DNA of 63,366 bases, the filler included, from Neoconidiobolus thromboides FSU 785 (lineage: Eukaryota; Fungi; Entomophthoromycota), in NCBI GenBank assembly GCA_025603075.1. It is 5 parts of 5 records of this genome, joined end to end, with 100 filler letters (N's around TTAATTAATTAA, not from the genome) between each part and the next. Parts side by side here need not be neighbours in the genome. Positions count along the whole stretch, not along the records: positions 59,748 to 63,366 come from MU626807.1; 4 more parts are not named here. One strand, written 5' to 3'. Positions 60,254 through 63,366 of the stretch are shown here, piece after piece (within the stretch, counting starts at the first letter, position 1; every line of letters begins with the position of its first letter). The notes under the pieces are model-generated. The model did not search any database. It saw only the letters and a list, made by a program, of their open reading frames with translations, and was not told where the DNA came from. Made by a program: the position numbers and the translations under genes.

Positions 60254-61206
60254 TTTTCATATCTCAAAATACTGAAAGTAGTTAAAAAAATTTTAATAGT
60301 TTTTAAGCAATTTGAATATTAGTTATTTTTTTTGTAACCATTTTTAAACAGTGCATTTAGAAAACTCGAGATCTAATAATTAATGACATTTCGAATTAGG
60401 TAAAGTAAAGAAAGTACTTTACCATTGTTTTAACATTTCTATATTATGTTTGTTTTTCTAAACTTTTGATGATTTTTATTTTTGACTTGTATTTTATAAT
60501 TGATTTACAAAAAACTGCTGGTATAATTATTTAAGACTTTTTTGGTAGTTTGCATGTAGTTTTGATGCTTAAAAGTAAGTTAAGCTGTAAGACAGATATT
60601 AAATATACGCAAGAAGATTTTAAACCTTATAAAAACAAAATGTTAATGCTTAGATTCTTTTTGGCAGAAAAATTCGTTTGATTTTATGATTTCTAGTTAT
60701 TAAAACTAAATTACACCTGCTAAAAAATTGACTCTTAAAAAGTACTAGTTTACTATATTAAAATTAACAAAAGTTTTAAAAATCATTTTTTCAATTCTTT
60801 GGCATTGAGGCATTTTATTTAGCAAAAAACAACTAATGAACCATTGTAGATTATTCGATATTAAATTGAGATCAATTGGTAAAAAACGCGACTAATTGAT
60901 TGATGTATCTATCGTGTTGGTGTTGAGTATCTATCAATTTGAGAGTTTAAATGAAAAGGTAAATAAATAATGGCAACCTAAAAATAGTACTGTAGTAATA
61001 GCAATATTTTAATAATCTATTACAAATTTATGTAAAATCCATAAATGTCAATCTTTCACAATAGCACATATATCTCATAAAGGATTACTTTATTAAATAA
61101 ATAAAATGAAATTATTAAACAAATGCTTTATCATTAAATTGCATATGGAAATTAAAATTATAGCTACTAAAAATCTTCTGAATTAGATTACATTAATTTT
61201 AATAAT

Positions 61207-61312
61207 AGTGGTGGTTGATTTTGTGTTTGGGATTTTACTAACAGGTCTTTCCGGTCAAATAAATAGCGCTTAAAAAGGAAAAGGTGATGAGGCCAAAAAA
61301 ACATCTCAACAT
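61207..61312 (+). mobile_element. MITE-like family A copy (diverged)
   Basis: ttttgtgtttgggattttactaacagg...aaatagcgcttaaaaaggaaaaggtgatgaggccaaaaaaacatctc. Confidence 0.7.
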
Positions 61313-63181
61313 AATTTGATTAATAAAATGTAAATACACAAATTAATTTCTAATTACTTTTGAACTTTTACTTGAATTTAGACATAAATTTCAAATATAT
61401 ATTTTTGCTAACGTTTTTAAAATACTAGTATAATTTAAATTTTAGCTATAGATCAGCTCTTTCTAGATATAGATAGACTTAGTTTTTATTTTTACCTAAA
61501 ATTATTCAAAGATCCCAAACACCAATAATTTTCCCTTTTTATACCTATACCTTTAGAGTTTGTATTCAATAAATACAATCGATGTAACTTTAAAGATGAT
61601 TCTTTAATAAAAGTGATTTTTTTGCATGTTATTTTTGGATTCTAGCCTAGTTTAAAGGGTGGTGGGGGTGGGTTAGCTTAGTTTAGAAAGAAGTTGTTCA
61701 AAATGATTTAAATGAAAATTGTGCGAAAAAAAGGCTTGTTTTTATATCAAGTCCTCACTCGTGTTATTTCAGACAAACACAAATCAAATCACTTTTATTC
61801 GAATTTGCTGGTATTTTTTACCTGAACTTAAGGATTATTTATAACCTCCCCCTGCATTTTTAAATTCAAGTGAAAAAAGTCAATGGTGAATTTCAAAAAA
61901 TGAAAACATACTGAGAATAACAAAACCAACCACCCTTTTAATGGATTATTATAAAAATTGTCCATTATAAATGAATAAATTAAAATCCTGTTAGTTTTTA
62001 ATTTTTGAGGCAAGGAAAAATAAAATGGTAGTTGAGAAATATAGAAACTAGTAAAATATCTAGAGTACTACAAAATGGATGAAACCAAGCAAAATAAGTA
62101 TTTTTACATTTATTATAATGCTCTAAAGGATGGATACCCACTCGAAGTTGTTGATATCAATTTTATTATTTGTCACTGAGAGTTATAATTAAGACTTTTT
62201 ATAATAAATATACAAAAATAAAGCCCATTTTATTTTACACATTTTTAATCAAAACAATTCTTGAGCTTTTCATCAACCACCTTTACCACCTTATATGATA
62301 CAATGTACTTGCTCTTTTTCTGCACAGTTTTTTATTTGATTTTGATTCTATGATACTAGTGATTTAGTCAGCAAACCAAAGTAACACCTATGTACCTTAG
62401 AATTTTTAGTTTATGATAATTAAATTTGCAAAATAAAATAGCAGCTACCAAGGGAAAACGATTTTACGTATTTATTAACATATTTACTATTAAAGTATAG
62501 GAGGCTGTACAAAAATTCCCTTCTAAAATAGGTGCTATAAAAAGTTGAGATAAATTTTGTATAACAAATATAGCAAAAAACTGAAGAAACTTCAAAAAAC
62601 GATACTATACTTTCAAAGGTCAATTTCTATTTAACTAATAAAGTCAAAGGATTTCTCTAACAAGCTGTTACTAAAGGTTTGATCTTAAGATAGATTGAAT
62701 TTTTTTATTAGGAAGCTGAACTACTCTTAAAAGAGGGGTGGTTTTCCAATTTTGAGCCCAAAAGCTTAATTTTCAATAATAAACAAAATTTTTAAAAAAT
62801 ACAAACCAATGCAAAAAAATTACAAAACAAACTACTACAAGATTGTATAAAAAGATTTACCATATATGCTTGTTTAAAACTAAGAATTAATTTTTATCAT
62901 TTTAACATTAGGAGGTAATTTTCTATTAAAACAAACTATGCTTTTAAGCTTAAACTTAAAATTAGGCCTTTTTAAAAGTTAATCTCAGTTTTCTAATGAA
63001 AAAATTTAATCTATCTAACAAACCAATAACTTGTTAGAAATCCTTTGACTTTATTAGTTAAATAGAAATTGACCTTTGAAAGTATGGTACCGTTTTTTGA
63101 AGTTTCTTCAGTTTTTTGCTATTTGTCACAACACCTCAAACGGCAATCCTGCTAAACCTTTTTGGATTTTTTGGTTTAAAC

Positions 63182-63354
63182 TATATGGGGCTGTCCTAAT
63201 TGGTTTCAGAATCTACTTAGAAATTAATCCAAATTTAAAATTTTAAGTTTGTGTCTAATAACATGATGGTCAAATCTAAAAAGCCTAAAATTAAATGTCT
63301 CTATTTAAAACTTATTTTAATTGTTTCCTTTTCTTAAATAGCTAATTTTCCTAA
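63182..63354 (+). repeat. Dispersed repeat family B copy; begins with the family A terminus atatggggctgt
   Basis: Collinear with 52752-52920. Confidence 0.88.
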
Positions 63355-63366
63355 TTATATAAATAC

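Noticed and set aside
2648-61312. Recurrent palindromic repeats as a CRISPR array or bacterial REP system
   Set aside because: Copies are dispersed in both orientations with no regular spacers and no cas genes, in a eukaryotic intron-rich context.
61640-61860. G-rich run (gggtggtgggggtggg) as a PPT/LTR or G-quadruplex
   Set aside because: No paired LTR, PBS or retroelement ORF was found, and a single short tract is insufficient.

Overview
A very AT-rich eukaryotic window with many short (~45-55 nt) GT-AG introns and a fungal gene set. Gene content and composition suggest an early-diverging, probably entomophthoralean fungus (Conidiobolus-like); this is an inference. It is a scaffold of five contigs joined by four artificial 100-nt spacers (44 N + TTAATTAATTAA + 44 N). 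Housekeeping genes: ABCB/MDR transporter (5' half), SAC2/INPP5F-type phosphoinositide phosphatase, LYR-motif protein, MED18 directly next to CDK8, POM152, SQS1-like G-patch protein, long-chain acyl-CoA synthetase, TMEM184/OST-alpha, CSE1, two identical initiator tRNA-Met genes and one tRNA-Phe. Accessory content: an intact secreted trypsin plus a second copy cut by a gap, a UGT relic, a small secreted Trp-repeat protein, a Gly/Ser/Thr-rich protein tail, and three intronless class-A (rhodopsin-like, non-opsin) GPCR paralogues. Two ~3-kb contigs each carry a head-to-head inverted paralogue pair (secreted esterase-like; TM-SPRY/SSH4-like) whose copies become identical just before the gaps. About 25 copies of a ~105-bp MITE-like element (TIR ATATGGGGATGT) lie between genes, with a second longer repeat sharing its terminus and a separate nested fold-back element. 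Exon boundaries were read by eye and family calls rest on motif recognition, not database searches.
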